This document shows positions 49,833-60,632 of a stretch of 64,000 bases of DNA, piece after piece; within the stretch, counting starts at the first letter, position 1; each line of letters begins with the position of its first letter. Source of the stretch: Promethearchaeota archaeon (GTDB taxonomy: Archaea; Asgardarchaeota; Lokiarchaeia; Sigyniarchaeales; SOKP01); the NCBI GenBank assembly GCA_016839585.1, contig JAEOTZ010000058.1, forward strand, positions 32,001 through 96,000, written 5' to 3'. Below the pieces are notes generated by a model. That model saw nothing but the letters and a program-made list of their open reading frames with translations, did not search any database and had not been told where the DNA came from. A program made the translations under genes and the position numbers.

Positions 49833-52800
49833 TTATCTTGTGCTTTGAATAAATAGCTGGTCCTTTTTGTGCTCTTTCTCCCATTTTTTACGTTCTGAAC
49901 GTAGCTTGAATAATTCTATATCTTTAAAGATCAAACCTTCTTCTTTTGCAGGTACAATTCGCTCAGTTCGATCCTTTTCCGGTGTATAGATTTGGGATTC
50001 TCCAAATTCACCAATATTTGCAAAAAAACAATATGCATATATAGATCTACGTGCATCAAAATGAGCTGCTTTAAAATCGGCTGTGACTGGTGTAAAAGCG
50101 GGATTCAGAATTATATCAATCGGGGGTTCGAAATTTTTTAACTCCACTCTTAAATCCATGTCAAGAAAGTCTCGACAAATAGCAATAGCGATTCTCCCAT
50201 ATTCTGTATTACAAATGATTGTTTTTCTTGGTAAGCTACTAACATCTATTCCTTCCTTAAAACGATTTCCTTCTCCAAAACTAATAATTGCAGGAATATG
50301 CTTTTCTTGTTCCCAAAGAATCCCTTCGGGCCCGAAAACCATGCAAATGTTCCTTTTTGTTTCTTGGTCATGAAAGGAACCTGGTATTATGTACATCTCG
50401 TATAATTTGGCTAAATCTGCTATCTCTCCGAGACATTGCCCATAATTGAGGTCAATTGTCATTTCTGGGAATAGGAGGATATTGATTCCCTCTTTATGTG
50501 CTCTTTCAATCATTTTTTTAACATTAAATCTGACAGTATTAATCTTATCTTCTCTAAGATTTAAAATACCTGAAGCTCTCATTTCATAAAGTTCATTCAT
50601 AATGTCTCCACTCTTAGAAACTCCTATTTGAGCAATACCAACTCTACATTCTCTTTTTTGAACTTTCGGATATTCTTTAACCAAATCTTTATAGATAAGT
50701 TCATACTTTTTTCGTTCTATTCTCTCCATAGTAACTCGAAGTTCTTCTTCAGTGAACTGACGAGCTTCCCCTAGTCTAGGAGATTGGCTGCTTTCAATAG
50801 GGCAAGAAGGAGCAACTATACCTACAGTACTTCGAGAGATTGATGGTTCTTTTATAGTACTTAAAGCAGAAAAAAGAATGGATTCTTCCTTCTCTACTCG
50901 GTTTAATCTGTCTTGAACCTCAACAACTTTATTTCTATAACCCGCTTTGCTAAATAATTCTAAAGATGACTTTAAATAATTAGATCCAATACCTAATAAC
51001 CTTCCTTTTTCAGTAAAATCTAGTTCTTTATCAGCTTGGATTAAGTGCCAAGCAGCATCAAAATAAATCGAAGAAGCTAAAGCCCAATTTGCTACATTTT
51101 CAAAACCACTTTTACCATAAGAGGAAGCTGCTTTACTTAGCATCAATTTCACTTTAGGATATAAATTCATCTTTATACCAATATCCATGGATTCATCAAA
51201 TTTACAGCTTAACTCAAGAGCTTGGCAAAATGCTGAATTACCTGAAGCTAATAACTTTAACTTCATGTCAACAAAGAGTTCACTAGCTTTTGTAAATAAA
51301 TTTGCAGCATAATCAAACCTTTCTGGTTCTTCAAATTTTTCTGCAAGTTCCATACTTTCCCACGCTCGACATAGATAATATATAGCTTCAAGCTCCTTTC
51401 TTTCTCTCTCCAACTTATATCGTGTGCAAACACCTCTAAATACAGAAGCGGCGATCCCGAATTTTTCTGCTGCTGTGGAATGTTCTCCTTTCTTCCCTAA
51501 CATTATCGCTTCTTCTAGATTTATTCTAGCAGAACAATAATCAATTCTTACTTCTGCGACCTTTTCAAGCTTTTCTATTCGTTCTTTTTCTGGTTGCTCT
51601 GTAGTTTTCACTAAAGCCTCCTTTAGGATGTGTATAGTTTCTTCGAAAGCTTGTATTGTATGTTTATACTGTTTTATAGCTTCCTCTCTTTTTTCCTGCT
51701 TACTTAATAATTCTGCTTCCTCTAACATTGCCCAAGCTGCATTATAAAATCCCTCAAAATTATATTTAGGAATTTTTTTCAAAATTTCACTTGCATTTTC
51801 GTAACACTCCTTTGCTTTCAAGTGGTCTTCATTTTTATGATATGCTTTAGATTTTTCAATTAGATTCCAAGCATTAGCATATTTTATCTTCTCCCTAACT
51901 CTTTCTCTAAGTGGCCTATATTCAATACTTTTTAATGATTCTGAGTGATTTTTTTCGGCTTTCATATAATTCTCAGCAGAAGAAGTGTGGTTACCGAGTC
52001 GATCCTCTAGGCGTGCGATGTATTCATATGTTGTACCTGCATAAGAATAATAACCTTTCTCAAGACTTCCTTTAATAGCATCAAGCAATAACTCTTTTGC
52101 CTCTAATAATCTTTCATTATTTTTAGTTAAAATACCTATCTCTTCATAGAGAAAGGCTAACCTCATTTGAGCAGCTATAATGCCTGAGCGAGACTCTGAA
52201 GCATGCTTTAAATAATTTCTAGATGCATCAGCTGCAGATAACAACATTTCAACTCTTTTTTCTTTTTTTTCTGAAACTTCGGCTAAGGTTTTATAAGCTC
52301 TATTGAGACAATTGTAAGTAAATGCTTGAACTTGCCCTCCTCCATATTTATCCCCAATCCTTTTAATTTCATTTGCATAATGGAACATGTGTTCAATGTT
52401 TGTATCTCGCTCTTCTTTTGTTTCAGAAAAACGAACCAACACAGCATAGCTAATGGTGAGGGATAAAAATGAGAATGAATTTGATATATCATTTACACTA
52501 CAATCTAAAGTTCTCAATGCATATTCAACCCCTTTTTCTGCATAAGATTTTCTTTGATTTGGTGTAAAAAAGCTTAATTGGGCAACATTGGAATAATAAA
52601 ATGCTGGTAAATGATTCGAATAAAAATAGGACGCTTGCATCATCCCTAATGGGAATTGTATTATATTCCCTGCGTCCCTAATCTCCTTAATGTCGTTAAT
52701 AATTCTTTTTTGTAGATACATAAATTTACCGCTAATAAAGGCATATTCATTTATCAAATAGAGACTCCAAACAATCATAATTTTGTTTTTAACTTTTCTT

Positions 52801-53690
52801 GCTAAATCTAAACCCATCTCAAGATATTTTATTCCTTTTTCAAAATAATTTCTCTGCTCTATTTCATCATCAATATGTTTATATCCATACTCAGAGTTTA
52901 TAAAGCCATATGTATGGTATAAAATGGTAAGAACTAAGGGATTATTATATGGTGTAAGAAACTTAATACTTTCTTCACACTTATAAATAATGTCTTTAAA
53001 AGTTTCTATCGATTGTCTCTCCCGTTTGAAATCTTCAATAATAGTTAGTATTTGTACAATCGTACACTCAATATAAAGGGAAAAAACAATATCGTACATA
53101 TTTCTACTTTCCATTGAAAGTTTCCAAATTTTTCCACTTAATTCAATGGTTCTTTTTACAATTTTCTTTAATTCTACTGGCTCCTTACAGAAATTTGCAT
53201 AATTAAACAATGCAAACACGTTAATTATTCTTAACTCGTTTACAATCCTAGGAGGAACTTGCTCATCATTTTTTTTTGAATATCTCTCAAGCAAGTTAGA
53301 ACTTAGCTCTAGAGCTTTATTAGCCATTCTCTCTGCTTCTTCAACAGTATCTGCTGTGAAACATTTATAACAGGTCGAAATTGCTTCTAATTCCAATCTT
53401 TCAAGTTCAAATCCATTCTTTTTACAGAGTCTTGCTCCTTCTTCAAAGAGTTTAACATAATCCTTTAATAATTCCATATATTCTTCTGCTGTTTTGACTG
53501 AACTCTCCAAATAACCATAATATAATTTAATCAAATCATGAAAAATTTCCCTTGCTTTTACTCCTTCTTTTTTATCACTATAAGATTTTGCAGCTTGATA
53601 ATAGAGCTTTGCTGCATTCAAAAAATTGTAATTTCTCTCTTCCTCTCGTGCCTTTTCTACTAGGGATACTTCACTTTCCTCTGAAGTCAT
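49833..53690 (-). CDS. large TPR/helical-repeat protein with C-terminal carbon-nitrogen hydrolase (nitrilase) domain
   Basis: ~960 aa TPR-like region; VGIAQ, LFPEM, QEKHIP, AICRDF (E-K-C triad). Confidence 0.85.
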   Translation of the reverse strand: MTSEESEVSLVEKAREEERNYNFLNAAKLYYQAAKSYSDKKEGVKAREIFHDLIKLYYGYLESSVKTAEEYMELLKDYVKLFEEGARLCKKNGFELERLELEAISTCYKCFTADTVEEAERMANKALELSSNLLERYSKKNDEQVPPRIVNELRIINVFALFNYANFCKEPVELKKIVKRTIELSGKIWKLSMESRNMYDIVFSLYIECTIVQILTIIEDFKRERQSIETFKDIIYKCEESIKFLTPYNNPLVLTILYHTYGFINSEYGYKHIDDEIEQRNYFEKGIKYLEMGLDLARKVKNKIMIVWSLYLINEYAFISGKFMYLQKRIINDIKEIRDAGNIIQFPLGMMQASYFYSNHLPAFYYSNVAQLSFFTPNQRKSYAEKGVEYALRTLDCSVNDISNSFSFLSLTISYAVLVRFSETKEERDTNIEHMFHYANEIKRIGDKYGGGQVQAFTYNCLNRAYKTLAEVSEKKEKRVEMLLSAADASRNYLKHASESRSGIIAAQMRLAFLYEEIGILTKNNERLLEAKELLLDAIKGSLEKGYYSYAGTTYEYIARLEDRLGNHTSSAENYMKAEKNHSESLKSIEYRPLRERVREKIKYANAWNLIEKSKAYHKNEDHLKAKECYENASEILKKIPKYNFEGFYNAAWAMLEEAELLSKQEKREEAIKQYKHTIQAFEETIHILKEALVKTTEQPEKERIEKLEKVAEVRIDYCSARINLEEAIMLGKKGEHSTAAEKFGIAASVFRGVCTRYKLERERKELEAIYYLCRAWESMELAEKFEEPERFDYAANLFTKASELFVDMKLKLLASGNSAFCQALELSCKFDESMDIGIKMNLYPKVKLMLSKAASSYGKSGFENVANWALASSIYFDAAWHLIQADKELDFTEKGRLLGIGSNYLKSSLELFSKAGYRNKVVEVQDRLNRVEKEESILFSALSTIKEPSISRSTVGIVAPSCPIESSQSPRLGEARQFTEEELRVTMERIERKKYELIYKDLVKEYPKVQKRECRVGIAQIGVSKSGDIMNELYEMRASGILNLREDKINTVRFNVKKMIERAHKEGINILLFPEMTIDLNYGQCLGEIADLAKLYEMYIIPGSFHDQETKRNICMVFGPEGILWEQEKHIPAIISFGEGNRFKEGIDVSSLPRKTIICNTEYGRIAIAICRDFLDMDLRVELKNFEPPIDIILNPAFTPVTADFKAAHFDARRSIYAYCFFANIGEFGESQIYTPEKDRTERIVPAKEEGLIFKDIELFKLRSERKKWEKEHKKDQLFIQSTR

Positions 53691-53923
53691 TTAGGATCAA
53701 TTATAGATTTGATTGTGTTCTATTTCGACCTTAACTGTCTAATATTAATTACTTTGAATGATTAATAAACATTCAGTTCAATTTATAATGTTTTACTTTT
53801 TCTAAGAAAAATGATTTCTCTCAAATTCAAAATGTTTTAATGATTTAAGAAATTTTGAGTGATATTATTGCATATTTGAATTAAAAAAAATTTAATAAAA
53901 AATTCGAAATTAAGTGAAAAATT

Positions 53924-56047
53924 ATGGATGTACCATTCATATTAATTGTTGCCTTAATCGCAGGAATAATCTCCATAGCAATGGCTTTATACTTTAGATT
54001 CTTAGTTTTAAAAGAGGATCCTGGAAATGAGAGAATGCAAGAAGTAGCAGGATACATTGAAGAGGGAGCAAAAACATACCTTAAAGTTCAGTATAAGATT
54101 TTAGGACTATTTGTGGGAGTTCTTGCAATTGCTTTGTTATTTTTACCTTCTCCCTTGAAAGATAGCACTACGTATACAAGAATTTTTGAGGATGCATTAA
54201 ATTGGGAGCAAATGGTTGCTTATCTAATTGGTGCTGTAGGTTCAATGATGGCTGGTTGGCTAGGAATGTATGTTGGTGTGAAGGCAAACACCAGAGCAGC
54301 TCAAGGATGTACTATAAGCACAAAAAAAGGTTTTGACATCGCATTTTTCGGAGGTGCCGTTATGGGACTTGCCGTAGTTGGTGTTGCTTTGATTGGGGTC
54401 TCAACCTTATATTGGATTGTGCCAGATCCAATGATAGTACTAGGATTTAGTTTTGGTGCGAGTAGTGTAGCACTATTTATGAAATGTGGTGGAGGAATTT
54501 ATACCAAAACGGCTGATGTTGGAGCAGATTTAGTTGGGAAAGCAGAATATAACCTTCCTGAAGATGATCCACGCAATCCCGCTACTATAGCAGATAATGT
54601 AGGAGATAATGTGGGTGATATTGCAGGGATGGGAAGTGATCTGTTCGATTCTTATGTTGCGTCAATTATAGCAGCAATGATGTTAGCTGCAACATTACCC
54701 TTTCTAGATATTAATTTGTCAGAATATGGAAGATTCATTTATACAATTTACCCAGTTATGTTATGTGCTGCTGGTTTATTATCATCTCTTATTGGTATTT
54801 ATATAATAAAGCGGACTGGATCTGATGAACCAGGTAAAGCTTTGAACACTGGAACATACTTATCAACATTAATATTTGCAGCATTGGCTATTCTGTTTAC
54901 TCTAATAATGGTTATAGGGTTAAATGGAGAAGAAACAACAATGTTGTGGAAATTATCTGCATGTTCTATTATTGGTCTACTTGCTGGTATCGTGCTTGGC
55001 TTTACAAGTGATTACTTCACAAGAGCCGATAGAAAGCCAACAAGAAAGATGGCGGAAGCTGCGCAAGAAGGACACGCTGTAGTTATACTCAGTGGCTTTT
55101 CCTATGGATTACTAAGTGTAATTCCTGCTGCTCTAGGGATCGTGCTTGCAATGGTATTCACTTATCTGTTAGCTGAGGTTTTTGGAGTTGCAATGGCAGC
55201 TGTAGGAATGTTAGCTATTGTAGGAACTATTGTTTCTAATGATGCATATGGTCCTATTGTAGACAATGCTAGAGCTATTGCAGAACAAGGAGACCTTGGA
55301 GAAGATGTAATACGTATAGCGGATCGATTGGATTCAGCAGGAAACACTGCTAAAGCTATTACCAAAGGATTTGCTATAGGAGCAGCAAATTTAACTGTTC
55401 TTGCTTTACTCTTTTCCTATGCTACAGAAGCTAATGATATAAATCCAGGTACAATTGCAGTTATGGATCTATTAAACCTAAATATATTAATAGGCGCTTT
55501 TATAGGAGTTGTTGTACCTGCACTATTCTCTGCTTTATTAATTCTTGCCGTGCAAAGAAATGCAGCAATAATGGTTGATGAAATAAGAAGACAATTTGAA
55601 TCAAATCCTAAAATATTAACTGGTGAGGAAGCAGCTGATTTTAGTAAGACAATCGATATTGCAACTAAAGGTTCGCTAAAAGAATTAATATTACCAAGCA
55701 TTATTTCAATCACCGTTCCTGTTTCAGTAGGAATAATATTCGGGGTATCAGCATTAGGTGCATTCTTAGCAGGTGCAATCTTATCTGGTTTTGTTTTTGC
55801 TATTATGATGTCTAATGCTGGTGGAGCATGGGATAATGCTAAAAAATGGATAGAGGATGGAAATCTTGGAGGAAAAGGTACTGAAGTGCATAAAGCATCA
55901 ATTACGGGAGATACGGTTGGAGACCCATTTAAAGACACTGCAGGTCCAAGTATTAACACCTTATTGGTTGTAATGTCATTAACTGCATCAATTTTCCTTG
56001 GATTCTTAATGCTTTTTGGTAATGGAGCAGGATTAATATCTTTCTAA
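53924..56047 (+). CDS. hppA: membrane-bound cation-translocating pyrophosphatase (K+-independent H+-PPase type)
   Basis: DVGADLVGK, DNVGDNVGD, GNTAKA (Lys at the K+-dependence site), GDTVGDPFKD. Confidence 0.95.
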   Translation: MDVPFILIVALIAGIISIAMALYFRFLVLKEDPGNERMQEVAGYIEEGAKTYLKVQYKILGLFVGVLAIALLFLPSPLKDSTTYTRIFEDALNWEQMVAYLIGAVGSMMAGWLGMYVGVKANTRAAQGCTISTKKGFDIAFFGGAVMGLAVVGVALIGVSTLYWIVPDPMIVLGFSFGASSVALFMKCGGGIYTKTADVGADLVGKAEYNLPEDDPRNPATIADNVGDNVGDIAGMGSDLFDSYVASIIAAMMLAATLPFLDINLSEYGRFIYTIYPVMLCAAGLLSSLIGIYIIKRTGSDEPGKALNTGTYLSTLIFAALAILFTLIMVIGLNGEETTMLWKLSACSIIGLLAGIVLGFTSDYFTRADRKPTRKMAEAAQEGHAVVILSGFSYGLLSVIPAALGIVLAMVFTYLLAEVFGVAMAAVGMLAIVGTIVSNDAYGPIVDNARAIAEQGDLGEDVIRIADRLDSAGNTAKAITKGFAIGAANLTVLALLFSYATEANDINPGTIAVMDLLNLNILIGAFIGVVVPALFSALLILAVQRNAAIMVDEIRRQFESNPKILTGEEAADFSKTIDIATKGSLKELILPSIISITVPVSVGIIFGVSALGAFLAGAILSGFVFAIMMSNAGGAWDNAKKWIEDGNLGGKGTEVHKASITGDTVGDPFKDTAGPSINTLLVVMSLTASIFLGFLMLFGNGAGLISF

Positions 56048-56065
56048 AAAAATTTAACTTTATAC

Positions 56066-56098
56066 TTTTTTATTATTTTTTATTTTTTGCACTTGCTA
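56066..56098 (+). terminator. T-rich archaeal terminator after hppA
   Basis: Several T tracts directly after the stop codon. Confidence 0.4.
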
Positions 56099-56160
56099 TT
56101 TCCTATGAATATCAGTTTTAAAGACAAAAATTTAAATAGTTATTTTTCCTTTTAGAAGAA

Positions 56161-56489
56161 AGACGAGTGAGATATGGAGCTGACGGTGGGTATATCCTGC
56201 TGAGGAACCTCGCCCCACTCTCCAAGCAAGGAGTAGAGAACTACTACGGTGAGAACCGTATTTTAGCTACTGAAACGGTACTGCCTTCTTACAGATATTA
56301 ATGATTTGGATATAAGCTAATGAAATTGTAGGAAGGAATGGTTGAAACGAGCTAAAACCTTGGTGCAAGGCCAAATGAAAGCTATGAGTATTTTGGAGCG
56401 AGCTTTAGGTAGGCCGCTTAGTTTGATGCTCCAACTGCTCTCCGGTGACGGAAACAGTACAGAAGGGCGAGTATATATCTCAAGCGTCT
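56161..56489 (+). ncRNA. rnpB: RNase P RNA
   Basis: GC-rich non-coding island; P1 AGACG..TGAGATAT / ATATCTCA..CGTCT; CR-I CTGAGGAACCTCGCCC pairing with CR-V ACAGAAGGGCGAGT; TGAAAC, GGTGCAAGGCC, GCTTAG. Confidence 0.9.
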
Positions 56490-56563
56490 ATTTACTTAAA
56501 AGTTTTTAAAATTAGTAATCAATCTCTACTTTTTTATTAAATGAAAATTGATGATTATTAACC

Positions 56564-57388
56564 ATGGAGAAAGTTAATCTAATTGAGGGATCTGTTCAAG
56601 AAACAATGTTAGGACCATTGTGGGCTCGAGCAAAATTTAGTAAGTTATATCCTGAAATATTAGACGATCAAAAAGCTTATGAAATAATTGAAAAACTGGA
56701 GTATGATTTTTCAAAAGTACAAGAGTACCTTGGAGAATGGCGAGGGATAGGTCTTTTAGTTAGAGCTAAAAATTTTGATGATGCACTGAAAAAGTATATA
56801 GAAAGATTTCCCAATGCAACAATAGTAAATATTGGAGCAGGTTTAGATACTACATTTTTTCGTGTAGACAATGGTAAAATTAGATGGTATGATTTAGACC
56901 TATCTGATGCTATTGAATTTCGTAGGCAATATATACCAGAAACAAATAGATGTAAGTATATTTCAAAGTCTGCCCTTGATTATTCTTGGTTTGATGAGAT
57001 AGATTTTAGCCATGATGAGGGTATTTTTTTAATTGCCGGAGGATTTATCTATTACTTCCAAGAAAAGGAGATATCTGCATTTTTTAATGCTTTAGCTGGA
57101 AACTACCCTGATGGTGAATTAATTTTTGATTGCATTTCCAATTTAGCTATTAAAGTGGCTCATAAGAGGGCAAAAAAAGCAGGAGTGGAAACACCTTTTT
57201 GGCATATAGGTATTGGTAACCCAATAAAAAAAATAGCAGAGTGGTCTGAAAAAATTATAGTAATTGATTGGTATACTATGTTTTCACGAACAGAACTTAA
57301 TCCAAAATGGAACAAAAAAACTGTAAAAATGGTAAAAATAGCAGAACGATTTAAAACAGCAAAAATAGTCCATGTAAAATTTTTTTAA
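56564..57388 (+). CDS. class I SAM-dependent methyltransferase (LCM/TcmP-like)
   Basis: QETMLGPLWARA, VNIGAGLDT, WYDLDL. Confidence 0.9.
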   Translation: MEKVNLIEGSVQETMLGPLWARAKFSKLYPEILDDQKAYEIIEKLEYDFSKVQEYLGEWRGIGLLVRAKNFDDALKKYIERFPNATIVNIGAGLDTTFFRVDNGKIRWYDLDLSDAIEFRRQYIPETNRCKYISKSALDYSWFDEIDFSHDEGIFLIAGGFIYYFQEKEISAFFNALAGNYPDGELIFDCISNLAIKVAHKRAKKAGVETPFWHIGIGNPIKKIAEWSEKIIVIDWYTMFSRTELNPKWNKKTVKMVKIAERFKTAKIVHVKFF

Positions 57389-57390
57389 GT

Positions 57391-58266
57391 TTAGTAATTA
57401 TCTTTTTTAGGATAACCACAGACAGAACATTTCCAGTCTTGAGGTAAATCTACTTTTTCTTCATTTCCACATTCTAAGCATACCCAAGTAGCTTTTTCTC
57501 TTTTGGAAACTGAAATTCGTTCTTCTTTTGCTTTAGAGGGTTTTCGCTTAAAATATTCTTTAGAACGTTTACAAGATGGGCACTTCCAATTTTCTGGTAA
57601 TTTATCCAATAATACTTCAAATCCACACTCCATGCAAATCCAAATCGTTTTTTCCTTCTTTTTTAGTAAAAGATCTTGATTAGTTAAATCAAAAATTTCT
57701 TTTTTAAAGTATAATTTAAGATGACCACAAACAGGACAACTGAAATCTTCCTCTAATTCGTCAGTCGTTGTTTCATATCCACATTCCATACATTTCCAAA
57801 CAATAATTTTATTCTTCTGAAATATTATATTATCTTGTAGCAATTTTGAAAGAGTTCTAAAACGATATAGATAATTTCTTTTAATTTGGGAAATCTCTTT
57901 TAATCTAATTGCTATATCAGTATATCCTTCCTTATCCGTAATATTAATAATGTCGCGGTATATTGGAATTCCATTATATTCGACTTCTTTAATAGCTGAT
58001 TCCAAATTTTCACCAGTTGTACCATAAGTAATAGGACTATCAATTTCTACCTTTACATTTTCAATAAGCTCTTCCTTTTTGAATTGTTCTAACATAAAAA
58101 AAATCGAATATGCATTTTCCTTTACTTGCTCAGCAATTTCTATAAAAGTTGTAGAAATTAAAGGAAGTTCCTCTTTTTGTGCGATTATAGCAAAAATCTC
58201 ATACTTAGTCCTCTCTTGGGCTTCATGTATAAAAGCTTTCATTAAATTTATAGCAGTATTTTTCAT
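57391..58266 (-). CDS. rubrerythrin-like protein with three rubredoxin-like domains
   Basis: TAINLMKAF, GTTGENLESAI; three WxCxECG..(W/F)xCxxC modules. Confidence 0.8.
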   Translation of the reverse strand: MKNTAINLMKAFIHEAQERTKYEIFAIIAQKEELPLISTTFIEIAEQVKENAYSIFFMLEQFKKEELIENVKVEIDSPITYGTTGENLESAIKEVEYNGIPIYRDIINITDKEGYTDIAIRLKEISQIKRNYLYRFRTLSKLLQDNIIFQKNKIIVWKCMECGYETTTDELEEDFSCPVCGHLKLYFKKEIFDLTNQDLLLKKKEKTIWICMECGFEVLLDKLPENWKCPSCKRSKEYFKRKPSKAKEERISVSKREKATWVCLECGNEEKVDLPQDWKCSVCGYPKKDNY

Positions 58267-58430
58267 AATTTTAAACCATTTTGAAAATTGAGATTCCTAT
58301 CTAAAAACCTTAAAATAAAACGTAGAAGTTCAATTAGAGTTTCTAATATGTGTTTTCATAATTAAAAAATAAAAAATTATATATTATTATTTTCTTTTTT
58401 TGTTGTTATTAATGGATCTTTTTTCTTTCT

Positions 58431-59162
58431 TTATAGTTTTTTTAGTAAGTTTCCAATGTCAGAAGGCATAAAAATTATTATTTTTTGTGATGGTTCATGA
58501 GATATATCTTGAATTGTTTGCAATGTTCTTAATTGAATCGCAGCCGAATTTTGAGCTAACAATTCAGCGGCTGCCGCTATATTTTTCGCAGATTCAAGTT
58601 CGCCTTCTGAGGCGATTATTGAAGCACGCTTTTCTCTTTCTTTTTCAGCCTCAACAGCCATAGCACGTTTCATAGTCTGAGGTAATTCAATTTGTTGTAT
58701 TTTAATTTGACTGATTTCAATACCCCATTCTCTTGTTTCTTCATCTACTACTTTTCGAATTTCTTGTGAAACTCTTTCTCGTTGTGTTAGAATTTCATCT
58801 AATGCCATGCCTCCAATAACATCCCTTAGTGCACCTTGAGTATAGTTGAACACTGCCCTCATAAAATTTTCAATTTTAGTTGTAGCATATTGAGGATTTA
58901 TAACTTTATAAAATACACTTGTATCGGCGGTAATTGGTATATTATCTTTTGTGATAATATCTTGTTTAGAAATATCTAAGGTTTTAATTCTTAAATCAAC
59001 ACTCATTGATTTTTCAATAAGTGGAAATTTATATATGATCCCGGGCCCTACAGTTCTTTTATATCTTCCAAATCGAAATATTATTAAGCGTTTATATTCA
59101 GTCACGGTTCTAAGTCCTGAAAGGACTATGATGGCAACGATAATTAAGAAGAAACCTAACAA
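58431..59162 (-). CDS. SPFH/stomatin (band 7) protein
   Basis: IFRFGR, GPG, VDLR, ITKDN, MKRAMA..AE..RE; true start may be a few codons upstream. Confidence 0.92.
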   Translation of the reverse strand: MLGFFLIIVAIIVLSGLRTVTEYKRLIIFRFGRYKRTVGPGIIYKFPLIEKSMSVDLRIKTLDISKQDIITKDNIPITADTSVFYKVINPQYATTKIENFMRAVFNYTQGALRDVIGGMALDEILTQRERVSQEIRKVVDEETREWGIEISQIKIQQIELPQTMKRAMAVEAEKEREKRASIIASEGELESAKNIAAAAELLAQNSAAIQLRTLQTIQDISHEPSQKIIIFMPSDIGNLLKKL

Positions 59163-59306
59163 TACACCTACTATAATAAATATTTCAGAAATTTCAATCC
59201 CTCCATAAAGATTATTTTAATTAAAGTAACTTTAAGCTAATTATATCTTTTTTCCTTTATAATATTGCTTTTACAAAAATAGAAATTTTGTTATAAGTAT
59301 TCAGAA

Positions 59307-60602
59307 TTAACAATGAAGATATTTTTTTAATTCCCACTGTTTTTCATTGTCGTTTGATTTCGCGATTTCATACCCCTGAAGTTCAGTATATTTTATATCC
59401 AAATAAATTTCTCGGAATTCTTTTCCTAAAACCTTTTTTATAAATTCACTGCCTTCAAATGCGTTTAAAGAATCTTCTAAACTTCCCGGGAGTTTTTTAA
59501 TTCCTAATTTTTCCCTTTCTTCATTAGTTAAATTATCAACATTTTTAATAGTTGGCGTATTCGGTTCGATTTTATTTTTTATTCCCTCTAATCCAGCTGC
59601 AAGTAATATTGCACTACCAAGATATATATTCATAGCTCCATCTCCAGCTCTATATTCAATTCGAGCAGATTTTTCATAACCTGGAACACGTATTAGTGCA
59701 GTTCTATTACCAATTCCCCAAGAAATATATACTGGAGCTTCATGATTAGGAATTAAACGTTTATAAGAGTTAGTAGAAGGATTTAATAGTGCAGAAATTG
59801 AGAATATATGTTTTTGAATTCCTCCAATATAATATCTAAGAATATCACTTATCCCTTTTTCTTTATCAGTAAAAAGATTTTCACCATTTTTAGAAAGGAA
59901 TTGATGAATGTGAAGACCATTACCAGCCATTTCAGGAAATGGTTTTGGCATATAGGTACAAATAAGATCATTATGAAATGCTTTTACTTTTGTAATCAAC
60001 TTTGCTGTTTGAACATTATCCGCTTGGTGTAAAGCATTGTCAGTAGTTAATTCTACTTCTTGTTGACCAGAACCAAATTCATGGTGGAAAGTTTTAACAC
60101 CAATACCCATTTGAATCATTTCATCAATAATTTGACGACGTATATCTTGGAGGGGATCTTTAGGAAGCATATCCATATAGGTACCCATGTCGCCTGGATT
60201 TTTATCTTTTGTAATAAAGTACCATTCTAATTCTGGTCTAGTTTTAAAAGTATATCCCAAAGATTTGGTCTTATCGATAATTTTCCTTAAAATTCCGCGA
60301 GGACATGTTGGATATGGCTTTCCTTTATTATCGGTTAAATCGCAAATAAAGCGCCCCACTCTGGGATTAAATGAGAGTATTGCAAAAGTACTGAAATCAG
60401 GAACAGCACACATATCACTTTGCTCGGTTTTAAGGAATCCAAGAGATGAACCATCTACTCCTGTACCTTCCTGCATCTCATTCCAGATTTTAGTAGGAAA
60501 CTCAACAGCTTTAAATTCACCTAAAATAGTCGAAAACTGGAACTGAATGTAATCTAATCCTTTTTCTTCAAAGATTTTATTAAAATCTGTCATTGTTTTC
60601 AT
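59307..60602 (-). CDS. glnA: glutamine synthetase family protein
   Basis: DGSS, HHEFGSGQQE, YMPKPF..AGNGLHIH, NSYKRL, NRTALIRVP, RIEYR. Confidence 0.9.
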   Translation of the reverse strand: MKTMTDFNKIFEEKGLDYIQFQFSTILGEFKAVEFPTKIWNEMQEGTGVDGSSLGFLKTEQSDMCAVPDFSTFAILSFNPRVGRFICDLTDNKGKPYPTCPRGILRKIIDKTKSLGYTFKTRPELEWYFITKDKNPGDMGTYMDMLPKDPLQDIRRQIIDEMIQMGIGVKTFHHEFGSGQQEVELTTDNALHQADNVQTAKLITKVKAFHNDLICTYMPKPFPEMAGNGLHIHQFLSKNGENLFTDKEKGISDILRYYIGGIQKHIFSISALLNPSTNSYKRLIPNHEAPVYISWGIGNRTALIRVPGYEKSARIEYRAGDGAMNIYLGSAILLAAGLEGIKNKIEPNTPTIKNVDNLTNEEREKLGIKKLPGSLEDSLNAFEGSEFIKKVLGKEFREIYLDIKYTELQGYEIAKSNDNEKQWELKKYLHC

Positions 60603-60632
60603 TAGTTTCTTTTGATTTATTTTTTTTATATT

